From Paramecium tetraurelia (taxonomy: Eukaryota): a stretch of 64,000 nt of DNA. The position numbers and the translations under genes were made by a program. The DNA is taken from NCBI GenBank assembly GCA_000165425.1, contig CT868662.1:186001-250000 (forward strand), read 5' to 3'. A model generated the notes under the pieces. The model saw only the letters and a list, made by a program, of their open reading frames with translations. It was not told the origin of the DNA and made no database searches. Shown piece after piece: positions 49,182 through 62,180 of this stretch; positions within the stretch are counted from its first letter, which is position 1; the number at the start of each line of letters is the position of its first letter.

Positions 49182-51706
49182 ATGATTTAAAATTCTACAA
49201 CAACACCTCCAAATGAGGATTCTCTGTGCAAACCTATTATTCAGCTCATGTCGACTATGAATTAGCAATAAATGAGAGTGCGTAAGCCTTCTGAAGAAAG
49301 TCGAAAAATTCAATCTGAAACTCAATAAATGAAGATTACTCATCCAAAATCACCTACTTTAACATAAGTCAGTGTATAGATCGCATCAGACAGAGCGTCA
49401 CCGCATAATTAACAAGATTTGCTTCTCATAAACGAAGAACCCAGCAACAAGGAGGAATCTCAATAACTAAGCATGATTAAAAAGATGAAGCATTCAGATC
49501 AATTATATAGGAAGTCTATTTTTAATAAAAGCAGAAACTCTTAGTCATCAATGTCTCTACTTTACAGAGAGAAAGCAACACTTATTTAGAATCTAATTAT
49601 TTCAAAAAAGCAATTTAAGCTGATAAATGATTTGTCAGCCTAATACTTTGTCCCTTTAAAAGATTAAATAGAAAAATTCCTTAAAAGTGAATGTGTTCCC
49701 AAATTGTTCCTATTCAGTCTGTATTTCATTTTTCTGTTATTCTATTTAACAGTCCTATTAATCGAAATTGGGTGCAATTAATTGGCTATATCAAATTTGG
49801 CTATATTCTAGTACATATTGTTAATCACTCAAGTAATGGACTTTTCAAATCAAGTGATTTCTTATAGGGGGAACATTGGGAATATCATAGTTGATAATTT
49901 GGGATTAATACCATTTATTTCATATCAAATTGACAATTAATAATCATAGAAGTTAATTTATTTATTGTATTTGATCAGAATTAGGAAAATTAATAATTTT
50001 ATTCAGAATTTAAATTTCTACTCTAATTAATAAGATTACATCTTTATCATCCAGACAGCCATCTAATTACACTTTTCTACTTGTATGGCTTAGACCATCA
50101 TTTTTATGTTCGCTTTATCCCAATAAGACTACATCATCTACATACAAAGTATATTTACCTTAATATTCATAACTCCTTAGATATCGGGTCAATACTACTT
50201 TCTTATTTATCTGATTAAGATCTTATTGATAATATTCTACTTTTACAAGTTCAAACAAATCATGAATTACCAGTCACTTTCACTTGATTAATACTTGAAT
50301 TACTAGCCAAATACATAAAAGTTGATCTATGAATACACCCATTAAATTAGAGAGAATATTTTCGATATCAATTTGATGCCTAGTTTTTTGTAAAGGAAGA
50401 TGAAGAGAGAGAAGTATTTTAAGATTTTGTCCGAAATCCCAATATTTAATGCATCCTTCTCTACATAGACTTTACTCAATATTTGTGATCTGATTCAAGA
50501 GCAAATATTAAGACCCAATGAAATTATAGTGCAAAAATAAGCATTGTACATTCATCTGCAAGGAGTAATCTAATTGGTTTAAAAGAACGATTCCTCTCTA
50601 CAGGAGTTTAAATTAACTAAAATTAGAAATCCTTATTCAATCTTTAACAACATAGCCTTTTTTAAAAATTAGATGTAAGGAATTCAGTTTGAGAGCATAG
50701 GACACTCGAAAGTAGCTTGTTTAAATTCTTAATCATTTCATCAATTAATTAAACAGTGTCCAAAAGAATTTTAAAAGTACAGAATGTTGGTAGATACCAT
50801 TGTATTAGACAATGATCCAAAATTGGCTAACATTTTTTGTTTTGGATGCCATTAAGCTCATGATATCACACAATGCCCTTTTGTCAATTATAAGCCTAAT
50901 AAATATTTTATAATTAATAGTGATAAAAATCATAAAGTATAAAGCAGAGTGTCAGATTTCAAAAGAGTAATATTCTTTTATAATATAATTAGGAAGTACA
51001 GACAAAAAAGACGAAAATACTCATTAAATCAGCAAATGCTTAGGAAGATTCAGAATCCTTTGAGTCGGAAGAGAAGGATAAGGTTGCACCCTTCAATAAG
51101 ATTCTACCTTCATCTAATTCATCCTTAAGTTTGAATAACAACAATAATCCAATAAATTAACTTGAAATAAGTTCAGTTCCTTATGTGAGTTATTCTCACA
51201 GTGGATAGACACTCTATTCTAAAAAGATGGATTCAGATAACCATTTTTCTGTTTAAGGAGTAAGCAGCAGTAACAGCAGTAGAAAAATAATCTAGAATGA
51301 AGGGAAAGAAGTAGGCCAGTCTAAATTCTAAAAATATGGACAGTTGGAAGAAATGTAGGGATCCTCCTTTTAATTAAATCCCTTATAGAGGGTGCAAGAT
51401 AGCTTATTGTAAACTAGGATAAAATACAAAAAGAATATAGCTGATAAACAAGCATAATATTAGAAATATCAAACAGATGTCTAGCAGAAACAGCAAAAAC
51501 GAAATTTAAGAAAAAATTAAACAATGATGAGCAATAGTTCAGTAGTTGATAATCCAAAAAAAGGCAGAATTTCAATTGAAGGTAATTTTATGCAATCATT
51601 TGAAAAAATTAGTCAGTTTGATGACTATTTTCCACATTACAATGTAGATAAATAAATAAATAATTATTAAAGAATTTAATCGATTAATAAAGATAGTAAT
51701 TAATGA
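49182..51706 (+). CDS. Divergent CNBD/EAG-type channel-like protein lacking a recognisable GYG filter
   Basis: Six hydrophobic segments including S4-like LIRIRKI, a degenerate CNBD region, a Zn-knuckle CFGCHQAHDITQCP, and the tail FEKISQFDDYFPHYN typical of Paramecium channel C-termini. Confidence 0.7.
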
Positions 51707-51722
51707 GAGCAAAGATATATGT

Positions 51723-52495
51723 TCATGTTTATTCACTCTATTTATTTAACATCAGTTTAATATTTTTAAGATTATCAATTTATGTCTATAGCATAATTTA
51801 TTCTTCTTAAATTTAATGTAATCCCCTACAAATATAATACAATATGTGTACCTATTTTACTCAATAAACTTCCTCTTCCATGTGCTGATTTCATCAAGTA
51901 AAAACTTTTGTTTATCCTCCATTTGTAAGGTTTGTTCTTCCAACTAATTGTGTAAATCTTAGATGTAATGATTTTAATCTTCCAATTCCTTGTCTTTTGC
52001 AATTAACTGTGAATCATAACCGTCAATGATATGTTATTTTATGCTTAATTTTTCTTGCATATTTTAAATTTCCTCTTGCAATATTTTTATAGTATTCACT
52101 AACTGTTAGATTTGACTATAAACTTGAGAGAGTTCACTCTCATTTTAATCAAAGTCTTCATTTTTTTATTATTATTCCAATTGTTGAACTTTCCTCTATA
52201 ATTCTTGCACTTTTTATTTCCATGGTTCCTCAACATGATTCAAATCTACTAATTGCAATTGTTTGCTCTTCTTGCTTTGAGAATCATTGAATAGAGTTTT
52301 ATTAACATTGTTAAAATTGCTTTGTTATATTGGTTGTCTTTATTGTTAGGTAGATGGTTATTACAATAATGGTGATTGGTAAGGTGATTGATAAGGAGAT
52401 TATTAGTATAATTTTATATTTGGAGAAGATTAGATTTATAGAGAGTGCCTAAATCCAAGTTAAGCTGTGGGTGTAGATATTTATTGTTATTTCAT
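51723..52495 (-). CDS. Coiled-coil hypothetical protein with QSPY repeats
   Basis: MKQQQISTPTAQLG...QSPYQSPYQSP followed by heptad repeats, ending at TGA 51723. Confidence 0.7.
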
Positions 52496-52602
52496 TTATT
52501 TTAAATATCTAAAAATATATTCATTATCAATGATTAATGTGTATATTACTTACGAATATATCTAATAGCTAAATTTATAAACATAATTCTATGGTAATAA
52601 GC

Positions 52603-53672
52603 TCAAAATATTCTTTGATTGCCAACTATTCTTTTCAAGTAAAACACTTGCCAAATAGTAATAAAGATCACTCCCAAAATTTCGATCAAACTAAATAGTA
52701 ACAATTTAGAATTCGAATTTTGGATCTCCTCTAAATTACCCTCGAATTGTTATCCTGCTATTTTATCAAAAAAATAATTATCCTTATTATAAGATTAATT
52801 CAGATACTTTCATAGCCATTAGTATTCTTTCCACTCTAAGGGCCAAAGGATCTAAATCTGCCATCTTCAAAAATTCTTATTCTGAATCATGCACATCTAA
52901 AGTAAACGTAACAGTTTTGCTGTATTTTGACTAGATTATAAATAGTAAATTCTCATACTCTTTTATTTTAGAAAATAAATTTGTATTCTCCTTTTTCTAA
53001 AATATCAATATTGAATATTGCTTCATTAACTTTCTCCTTAGAATAAATCAAGGTATTGTTTGAAGTCTTTATAAAGAAATCGATTTTATCTTCGACCTTA
53101 AATTAGGGTATAAAAAAGGCTCCTTTGATAGATGTAGGTTTTAAGATTTCTTCATAAAACACCTACAAAATACTTTAGATATACTTCTATACTTCCAGGA
53201 TCTAAATCAAAACTTAATATAAATTCTGGTTCAAAATCACCCATCTTTTGATCCCATTAAAAAATGAATCGGTCATTCCCTTTATTTTTGCTTGTTTTTT
53301 TATTAGTTTTGTTTTATGGTTTATTATCTTCTGTAGTATTAGGATTGGTTACTTTCCCATTCTCATCTCGATTTTAATCTTTTGTTCTTAACTATGATTA
53401 TATATTATAAATTTGGTTACTCCAAACAGCGGTTTCAAAACATTCATGATCTATAATTGGGTTTCCTTTAAATTTTTAAAAGTTGATTTTTCCTTTTTTT
53501 ACGTTTTGCTTTAAATAGGTTTAGTATTTGTTTATGAAGATTTAGAGTTTTTATTCTTTGCTGCTATTTAATCACTCATTTTCTTTAGGTCCTTAAAATT
53601 TGTTTAAGGAGCTGCTTTTGTGAACACAATAATAATTGAAATGAGACAGAGAATCAAAAGTACTTATTTCAT
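52603..53672 (-). CDS. emp24/gp25L/p24 (TMED) GOLD-domain cargo receptor
   Basis: Signal peptide, GOLD-like VFYEEI..GEYKFIFQN..KTVTFTL, a coiled coil, and the TM plus tail LLLFSLIEILGVIFITIWQVFYLKRIVGNQRIF. Confidence 0.85.
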
Positions 53673-53747
53673 TATTATTTTTATTTCTAATTTAACATTA
53701 AATGAATAAGAATAAAGTTATCAATTAATATAAAATTGTAATTACAA

Positions 53748-54673
53748 TCAGAATATCAGAAGGGCTGCAAAAATTGTTGAAATTGTGCTTATGATTAAAG
53801 AGTTCTTATGTTCTGATTAGTACAATTCAAAACCTAGATTGTTCTTTAAGTAGATGTCATTTATCGGTCTACACACAAACAATATTATGATAATAAACTA
53901 AACAGGGATCAAAACAACCAAATCTATCAAGATTAATTATATTATGGCTACAATCTAAATTAGTAATCTGAAAATTTTACTTGTATGATGAGAATAGCAT
54001 ATATAAGTTATCTTAAAATGTTTTGAAATAAGTTAACAATGATACTTGCCAGCAGCAATAAAGATAAAGCTATAACGATCAAATGATTTTCTAACTAATA
54101 CAATAAGTACAAGGTTCCAAAGAATACTAAATCAATAACAAATTGACCTAAAATTGATAAGTATTATTGTTTCTGTTTAATTATTAATGGTTATGGTTTA
54201 GAGATTGCTTGATCTGAGTTATGTTCATATAAAAATAATCGTATAATTGAGGAGCTTATGAATGTAAATATAGACATTGACTATATTGGAATGTTTCTTA
54301 AAAGCAAATAGTAGAGAAGGAGCCCAAAATATTGGCATTCTTATAAAAATTGAAATTGTAATGTTTGAGTAAATTGATTTTGCAAATTGGTGATCAATCC
54401 TAAGCAACCTCCAATTATTACAGCCTTCGTGTAAGTGTTTGGTAGCAAAAATGATAGGGATAAAATAAATGAATAGATGTAAATTTGCAATTTTTAAAAT
54501 CTGCTAAATATAATGCATTGCCATATTCCTAGCAATCCCATAGTAAAAGTGCAAACTATGAATTGCATCTAAGTAAATATTAAGGGTAATATGAAAAAGA
54601 TTCCTGTTGTAATTGATAATAAATGAAAGGCAATAAAGCTTTTAGAGCTGAGTTAGGAATGATAAAATTTCAT
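53748..54673 (-). CDS. Multi-pass membrane protein, unknown function
   Basis: Open table-6 frame MKFYHSQLSSKSFIAF... that is hydrophobic almost throughout, with one probable intron and TGA at 53748. Confidence 0.65.
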
Positions 54674-55006
54674 TTATTATAATAAATAATATAATAAAAT
54701 TATAAAGTTTTTGTATTTTAAAGAATTTTGATAAAATGTGAAATGATTGAATATTCAGTTTGTGTGGGTTAATTTCTCTATTACAAAATATTATTTCTAT
54801 TAAATGTAATTTGTGAAAGCAAAAAGAAAGCCCTATTTAAATGATAAAGAATAGTAGAGATTTTAAAATCTATCACACAAATCATAAAAAATTTATATAG
54901 AAATACAATATTAACACTTATGGAATATTTCTCTATTTGAGAAGATACAATATTATTAAATATAAGAATAATTATTCTTTGTTTTTACATTTAAAATTAT
55001 AGAATT

Positions 55007-56329
55007 ATGTTAGAAAAAGATTAGTTCATATAAGTAACACTTTTGCTAATTGTTATTGTTTCATATTTAGGTCATAAAATACATGGGGAATAACAAAATT
55101 AATTAAAAAAATTAATTCAAAAAGTCGCCCAATCATGTTCGTAAGATTATGATGATGTGATTACATAAATTTCTGAAAATATTTAGGGTTTCTTTTAAGA
55201 CAAAGTACCTCCACTCCTACCACAATAATAAAAATAAAAAGAAAAAAAAAGCTAAAGTAATTTTATCATTCGCCATTACGAAAAATTTTTTATTGCATAA
55301 TATTCTAATTAAACCAACCTTAAAAGCGAGAATAGTGTTTAAATTAAATGCTAAACTAATGAGATCTTATATGCAAAAAAATTCATTGACAATAATTCTG
55401 ACTCTTTTACAGGAGAGGGTTTTTAATACAAGGTGACTTATGATAATAACTTAAATCCAAATTATGAATTATACGAAGGCTAATTTTTAAATGGATTAAA
55501 ACATGGCATAGGGAAATTGTATGGTTAGAAATCTGAGAATGTTTATTATGAAGGTGAATGGAAGAATGATAAAATGGTGTCTCAACGGAAAGAAAAATTT
55601 TAAACAGATTAGTTAGAAAGATAATCGCTAATAAAGTTTATTATTAGAGATGGTGATTAGATAGTTAGTTAGAATAAAAGGCAGATAGAGAAAAGGAAAA
55701 GAGTAGATGATTGGATAAAATATAATTAATAGATTTCTGAGCATGATATAGATAGATTATAGAGTAAAAGCAAATGGTTCACAAGCTCAATTATAGACAG
55801 CTTTGCCTTATATCTAAATATAAAAATGGAAGAGAAATATTTTTAAATTGACCCTAATGAAAGGAGATAGGCTTTAAGATAAGTGTTTATTCCAAGTTAG
55901 ATTTTTACTTCAATGTAGAATGAAAAAAAAGATGGTAATCAGGAGATATTTCAAAAGCATTTTCTTGAGTATAAGATAATAGAATACAAAATAGAGAAAA
56001 TCTTTGATAGAGTTAATTTTATTGTTAATAGAAATAACGCTCATTGGTTTTTAATATAACTAAATTTAAGAAATTATGAAATGGTTGTTATGGATAGTCT
56101 TAAAAATAAGCATCAATATTACAACTTTGCAAAAGACATTCTCAATTAGATATTTGATAATAAAATAAAGAGGATAACTTTATCAAATTAATGTCATGTC
56201 TAAAAGAATGGAAATGATTGTGGTCCATATACTTGTATACACATGTTAGAGATAAGTGAGATCTAATCAAAATTGCGAAATCCATCTGAGATGAGGGATT
56301 TTTTACTCTCAAAATTAAAATAAGATTGA
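55007..56329 (+). CDS. Ulp1/SENP-family (C48) cysteine peptidase with MORN repeats
   Basis: 441-codon ORF with MORN-like YEGQFLNGLKHGIGKLY and YEGEWKNDKM. The peptidase motifs are WFTSSIID, NNAHWFL (His), MDSL (Asp) and QKNGNDCG (Gln/Cys). The 5' structure is ambiguous. Confidence 0.85.
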
Positions 56330-56365
56330 ATACTTTAATAAAATAATATTTTTAATAAAATAGTA

Positions 56366-58587
56366 TCATTATTATTATGATTTTCTTCTGTATGGAGCAT
56401 TTGACATGTTAGAATGATAGGAGTTTTCTCTGTCTCTCTATCTTTATATTTATTGTTATTTAAGTTATTTGACTTGTTCATCATTATTACCTCCTCCCTT
56501 AACGGAACCATCATCTGATTCCTAAATGTTTCTTCTCGATAGAACAGGTGAATGCTATGAATGATGAGGAGATGGAGGCTTAATGTATAAGTATTAATTC
56601 ATACCTAGATTAGTTATTATGGTTGAAGGTAGACTTAGTTTTATTTGGTTTGCTAAAAGTCTTAAGAAGGTCCTCCTTATCGTACTCTGCTTCCAGCTTC
56701 ACTTGATTGTTTAGGAGGTATGGGTAAGGTGTTCATATTAGCTTGTTGATCTTTTAGTTTTTGGAGTTCATTGGACAAATCATTGCACTCTTTTCTGAGT
56801 TATTAATTTTCCTCGTTGATCTTATTTTCTGCTCTGATCTTCTATTATTTTTATACGGTTGCATAATTATTGATTTGAGTTTGTAATTTCGAAATCTCCT
56901 ATTTTAATCTTTCATTTTCTTATTCAAATAATTCTTTTTATTCTCTATAAGTGAAGTTCAATTGCTCTAAATGTTCATTATTCTTTTGATGCTATTAAAG
57001 AATGGCGCATTTCTCATAATACATCTGAAAATCTCTTTCTAATTCAGCAATTCTATCATCTTTCTGATTGATGATCTTTTGTATATGTTTATCTCTTTCC
57101 TCAATGTCTGCCTAGACTCCACCTTTGTGTGTTACAAATTCTTGTAACAAAGACTTGTTTTCTTCCAATTGAAGTTTTAATTGTCTGTTCTGTAACTAAA
57201 GCTATTCTATGATTCTCTTCTATTATTGATAATCACTAATCTCTTTCTTGCTCTATTCATAATCTATCTTAAGTAATTCATAATCATTCTTAATATTATT
57301 CAAATCTTTTGAGATTGAAGTGTTCTTCTATTCAAGTTCTTCGATCTCCATTTTTTTTTCTTTAAGTTCCTCCTCATGTTCTTATTTTAACTTCTACATA
57401 GTTTAATTGAATTTCAACTTCTAATAATCTAAATCCACAGTATTCTGATTGAACAATTAAGTCAATTGTTCTGATCTCTATTCCATGGTGTTGTAGTATT
57501 GAATATTTTATATACTCAATTCTCCAATATGATTTTAGAGTCTATTTTCGTTTTCGGTTAGTTTTTTCGATTTCTCTATTTCCATCGACAATTTTTAAAT
57601 AATATCATCGTTTTAATCAGCTAATTGATCGCATAATAATTATTTATCTTTCAAATCTTCATGCTATTAATTGATTTCCTTAATTAACGTATCATTAGTA
57701 ATCTGATACTTTTACAATTCATTCTTCAAATCGTCTAATTCTTGATTCAATTCATAGATCTTGAGATTGCTTTGAGAAAGCAATTCAGTTTTATCTGATT
57801 GCAATTTCTCGTAATCTGTTGATAATTACAGTAGTTGTTTATTCAACTTTTCAACAGTGAAGGTTAATGATGTGATAACACTATCCTTCTTCTGGTTTTC
57901 GAATTGATAAGAACTCTTAAGTTCTAATTCAGTTCTGCAATTTTCCTTAAGAATTTACATTTATTCAGATTATGCTATTTCTGATAACTTGTGCTTTTCG
58001 ATCTACTGTTCTAATTGGAGACAATATTTTTTTGAATTTTAGAATTGTTTTTCTAATTCATAACCATCTTGTGTTTTATCATCTAATTGCTACCTTTGTT
58101 CTTTGACATGTTTTAAAAGGACAGAATTTTCATCCTCCAATAATCTTAATTGATGTCTGAGGTCAGAGATTTCTTCTGCTTCATTAATGGTCATAGTTTC
58201 GACGATCGAATGCGTTTCTAAATCCTTTTGTTCAAGTAGCAATGAAAGACTTCGATTTTCATCAATCAATGTATTAACCATCTAAGACAAAGTAACAATA
58301 TCATGAGCTTATTGCTTTAATTCATAATTTATCTCTTGATTCTGCTTTTGCAAAGCCTCTATATACAGTCTGGTCTTTTCGGGATTGAAAGCTTGAGCTT
58401 GATGTGGTTTTATGGCTTGAAATGGGATCAATTCAGGATAAAGCCTATATAATGTTTGAGCATTAAAGTTTTCTTATTGGTTGGTGGGCAGAATTGGAAT
58501 TTTGAATTCAGCTTAATATTCCTGATGAATGTGATAAAGAAATACTTAAAATTTGCGATTGGTTTCATCATACCTGGCTCTATTCAT
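56366..58587 (-). CDS. Long coiled-coil protein (centrosomal/basal-body type, unassigned)
   Basis: MNRARYDETNRKFQ..., about 700 codons of heptad-rich sequence, ending at TGA 56366. Confidence 0.75.
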
Positions 58588-58772
58588 TTCAGTTAATTAA
58601 TTTTATTAATTATTGGGATGCCAATTAAATTGTGAATAAGTAATATTCGCAAATTTGAGCGTAATTAAATTGGATAGAGGGTATGGACTTGGGGGAATAC
58701 TTTAAACAAGTGGTTTGAGTGAGTATATTTTGAATAAAATAAGTTGATTAATTTTTGTAGTATATTATAAAA

Positions 58773-59819
58773 ATGGACCATCATAAGTATAAGGTGTCAC
58801 TTAACATGTATGATTTGTCATAAGGAATGGCCAGACAATTTTCGCCTATGTTTTTGGGGAAATAAATTGATGCAATCTGGCATACTGGAATTGTAGTTTA
58901 TGGAAAAGAATATTATTTTGGTGGTGGCATCTGTGCATAGACTCCAAAATCAACTATCTATGGATATCCTATTGAGGTTTCATGTTTTGATTTGATGATT
59001 AGGAAAGAGAATTGGGAGAAACTGAAATACCTCAAGGCACATTTGAAGAATTCTTAAGAAGCATCAGTTCGAAATATTCTATGGAAAAATATGATTTATT
59101 TGAGAATAATTGTAATAATTTTACTAATGAATGCGCTTTATTTTTAGTAGGCAAAGGCATTCCTGAAAATATAATAGGTAATCTCTATTATCACTATTCA
59201 CATTAGGATTGCCCCAAGAATTTTTAAATACTCAATTAGGATAAATGCTTAAACCCGCCATTGAGTAGTTTACTAATAAATAGGCTACAGCTTAAACTGA
59301 GCATTTTAATGAACCTCAGAATTAATAATTATAACCACCACCAAGTAGCTAAAATATTAATGCTTAAATTATAAACTAAGCACTACTACAACCATAACCT
59401 CAATCATCATAGCCAATTTCATTAAACCAAAAAGTTTAACCAGCCTAGTAACCACCTCAACAACAAACAATAACAGATACGAATGTTACAGCAATTGATG
59501 ACTTGACCACTTACTTATGTTTGATAGAGAGCAGTCCAGTCAGCATTGTTGATTTCTATACCGATTGGTGTGGACCATGCAAGACTATAAAACCATTGTT
59601 TCATAAATTATCCCTCGAACACCCTCACATCAATTTTTATAATGTGAATATTGATAAGGTAATCTATTCTTTAGAATTGTTAAGGTTCGAGAGATTGCAG
59701 ACTCTTTATAAGTGTCCAGTATCCCAACATTTATTATTTATGAAAATGGATAATAGAAAGAGAGATGGACAGGTGGAAACCAGTAAACTTTAATAAACAA
59801 TTTATAAAAATTAAAATGA
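58773..59819 (+). CDS. PPPDE/DeSI-family deSUMOylating isopeptidase fused to thioredoxin domain
   Basis: YDLSQGMAR, IWHTGIVVYGKEY (catalytic His) and YDLFENNCNNF (catalytic Cys), then a Q/P-rich linker and VDFYTDWCGPCK. Three tiny introns. Confidence 0.92.
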
Positions 59820-59879
59820 ATTAAAAATAATCATAATTGTATATTTGCAAATTCACATCACTAAATCTGTCAAAACATA

Positions 59880-61588
59880 TCATTTAATATATCCTAGTTG
59901 ATTCCAGTACTTTAAATTGAAGAGATTCTCTTAACCAAATATGCACTTCCATTTTTATCCTCTACATTAGTCTTAATCTTCTTCACAATGGAGTCTGAGT
60001 CATCAAACATTTTTGGAGACAATTTTCCCCTTAACTAATCGATATCAGTCACATTAGCAACATATATTTTCATATTGAATTCGTCTTCATTTTTAAAACT
60101 CTATAGTTTTCTCTAATTTAATTCTATTGCAAACTAAGTGATAGGAAGTCTTAGGAAGAGCGGCCATGCTTCTTGCTTCAACTTCTTAATTCCCAAGAAA
60201 TAAGTGAGAGATTTAGCATGGTCTCTTTCAAGATTCTCCTCCCCCTCAGGTGTTATTCTCAACTCAAAACTTTTAGTATCGTAAACCTCCTCGTTGTTCC
60301 CAACCAACTTTAAAAGTTTAGGCAATTGGGCTTCACAAAACCCAGTCCACTTATGAAAGTTCTCAGAGGTCTTAGAAACTATAGATAGTGCAACAAAGTA
60401 TTAAAAACAATCAAAAAAATCAAATGGTCTCAATACTTCATTCCAATCTCCTAATTTCTAAGCTCCGATCTAGAATTCTTGGAAGATGGTTTGAAAAGTG
60501 ATCTTATGGACTTTGAATGTGGTATTAAAGAATGGATATGCCGGAGTTATGATTTGCATTATCTTATCATTCCTTTTATCTTCATCTCTCTTCCAGCAAA
60601 GCGTCTTAAATGTCTCTATCTCTGGACTATAAATAATAACATATAATCTCTTACTCAGATTCATCAATCACAACAGGTACTTTCCAATTCCATTGAGAAT
60701 AAATTTGGAAAAATAGACTCACAGTTTAACACAAATCCACTCGAGGAAACAATTAACAAATCTTTGCCATTAAAATTGCCCAACTAATACCTCCCAAATA
60801 ACCAATTATATTGCTTGACACCTTTCTCTTCTTTGCCCATTACTTTATTATTCTCAACGCCTGAACAAATTGAGAATGATCAGGCATTGATTTACTAATC
60901 AAAATACCATTCTTTCGACCATTCAAAGCATACATTGATTTATCTTCACTTTACAATAGGTTTCTTCTTAGTTCATCTAAATTATCATCAATATTTTCAG
61001 GAACTCTATCTGAATTTAATTGAGCAAAATTAATATCTATATGAAATCCTTTGTAAATCATCTTTATAATAGGATTTGAAGTGCTCTCTATTTTATTTAT
61101 CTATTCCATTCCTTACTCATTGGATAACAAATAAAATAAACTTTAATACATTTCAATCATAAATACCCATTAAAAAATTGTTCCCTTCTATCTATAAATT
61201 CTGGAGCTATGCATATTAAATCTATATCGGATTTGCTGTCTGCCACACCCAGTAACACTGATCCATAAGGCAACAATACAGCTGAACAATATTTTAAATG
61301 ATCCTCATTGATCCTTTTTTCTTTTGCACATTATTGAGACCACCTTTTAACTATCTGCCCCAAATAGGCTTAAATATCCTTGCTCTTTTATTGATTCTCT
61401 TCAATCGCTTGTAGAGAATCTGTTTCAATGAAGCTAAGTAATTAGCCTTTATTGCATTGATGATGCATTAAATTTTGATCATAATCAATTCTGCCATGAG
61501 CCTTCTTCAATTCATTGTTAATATCTTGGCTGCTCATTCTTGGAGCCAACTCCTTGATGAAGTTTATAAGCTCATTACTAAAATCCAT
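59880..61588 (-). CDS. Canonical poly(A) polymerase
   Basis: PYGSVLLGVADSKSDIDLICIAP, PIIKMIYKGFHIDINFAQL, GYLGGISW and MQIITPAYP. Confidence 0.92.
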
Positions 61589-61775
61589 TTTTATAACTAT
61601 TTTATTATTTAAACAATATATAAAAATAATCATTTTGCAATAACAGTGATCCTAATAAACAATCACATTTTATCTTATTAAACCACTACCATTTCTTATT
61701 CATATTAAAAATTATTTTAGGTAACTACCTCTTTTATATACATATATATTAATAATATAATAATAATATTTTAAG

Positions 61776-62133
61776 ATGAGCTTCTAAGTAGTTAATGCAT
61801 ATTATTTGATAGACAACTGATTCCAAGAAGGAAGAATTTAGAAAATACTTAGAAAAGGCTGGCGTTATTGATCAGTTAACAAGGGTTCTAGTAGGATTGT
61901 ATGAAGAACCAGAAAAACCTAACAATGCTATTGAGTAAGTTTAAAATCGATTGTAGCTATGTGAAAAAGTACTTGGGATCGCCTGTTGATATTGATGTTG
62001 ACAAACTCAAATTAGAATATGAGAAACTTAAGGATGAGAATATTAGATTGAAGAGGGAAGTTGCTGATTTAAAAAAAGAAGTAATGTATCATCCTTATAG
62101 AAGCTATAAGCAGCCCAATAAGAACAGAATTGA
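61776..62133 (+). CDS. MYCBP: c-Myc-binding protein / AMY-1 (FAP174) homologue
   Basis: DSKKEEFRKYLEKAGVIDQLTRVLVGLYEEPEKPNNAIEYVKKYLG, with three tiny introns. Confidence 0.92.
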
Positions 62134-62180
62134 TATTACATAAATCAATAAATTTACATTACTAAATAAATATATAATAT

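Noticed and set aside
52371..52405. 12-bp tandem repeat, about three copies
   Set aside because: It encodes QSPY repeats within a CDS and is unremarkable.
480..62133. Apparent cluster of ciliary genes (SAXO-like, SHIPPO, CFAP57, TTLL, MYCBP)
   Set aside because: They are dispersed among unrelated genes, and ciliary genes are abundant genome-wide in Paramecium, so there is no evidence of a functional cluster.
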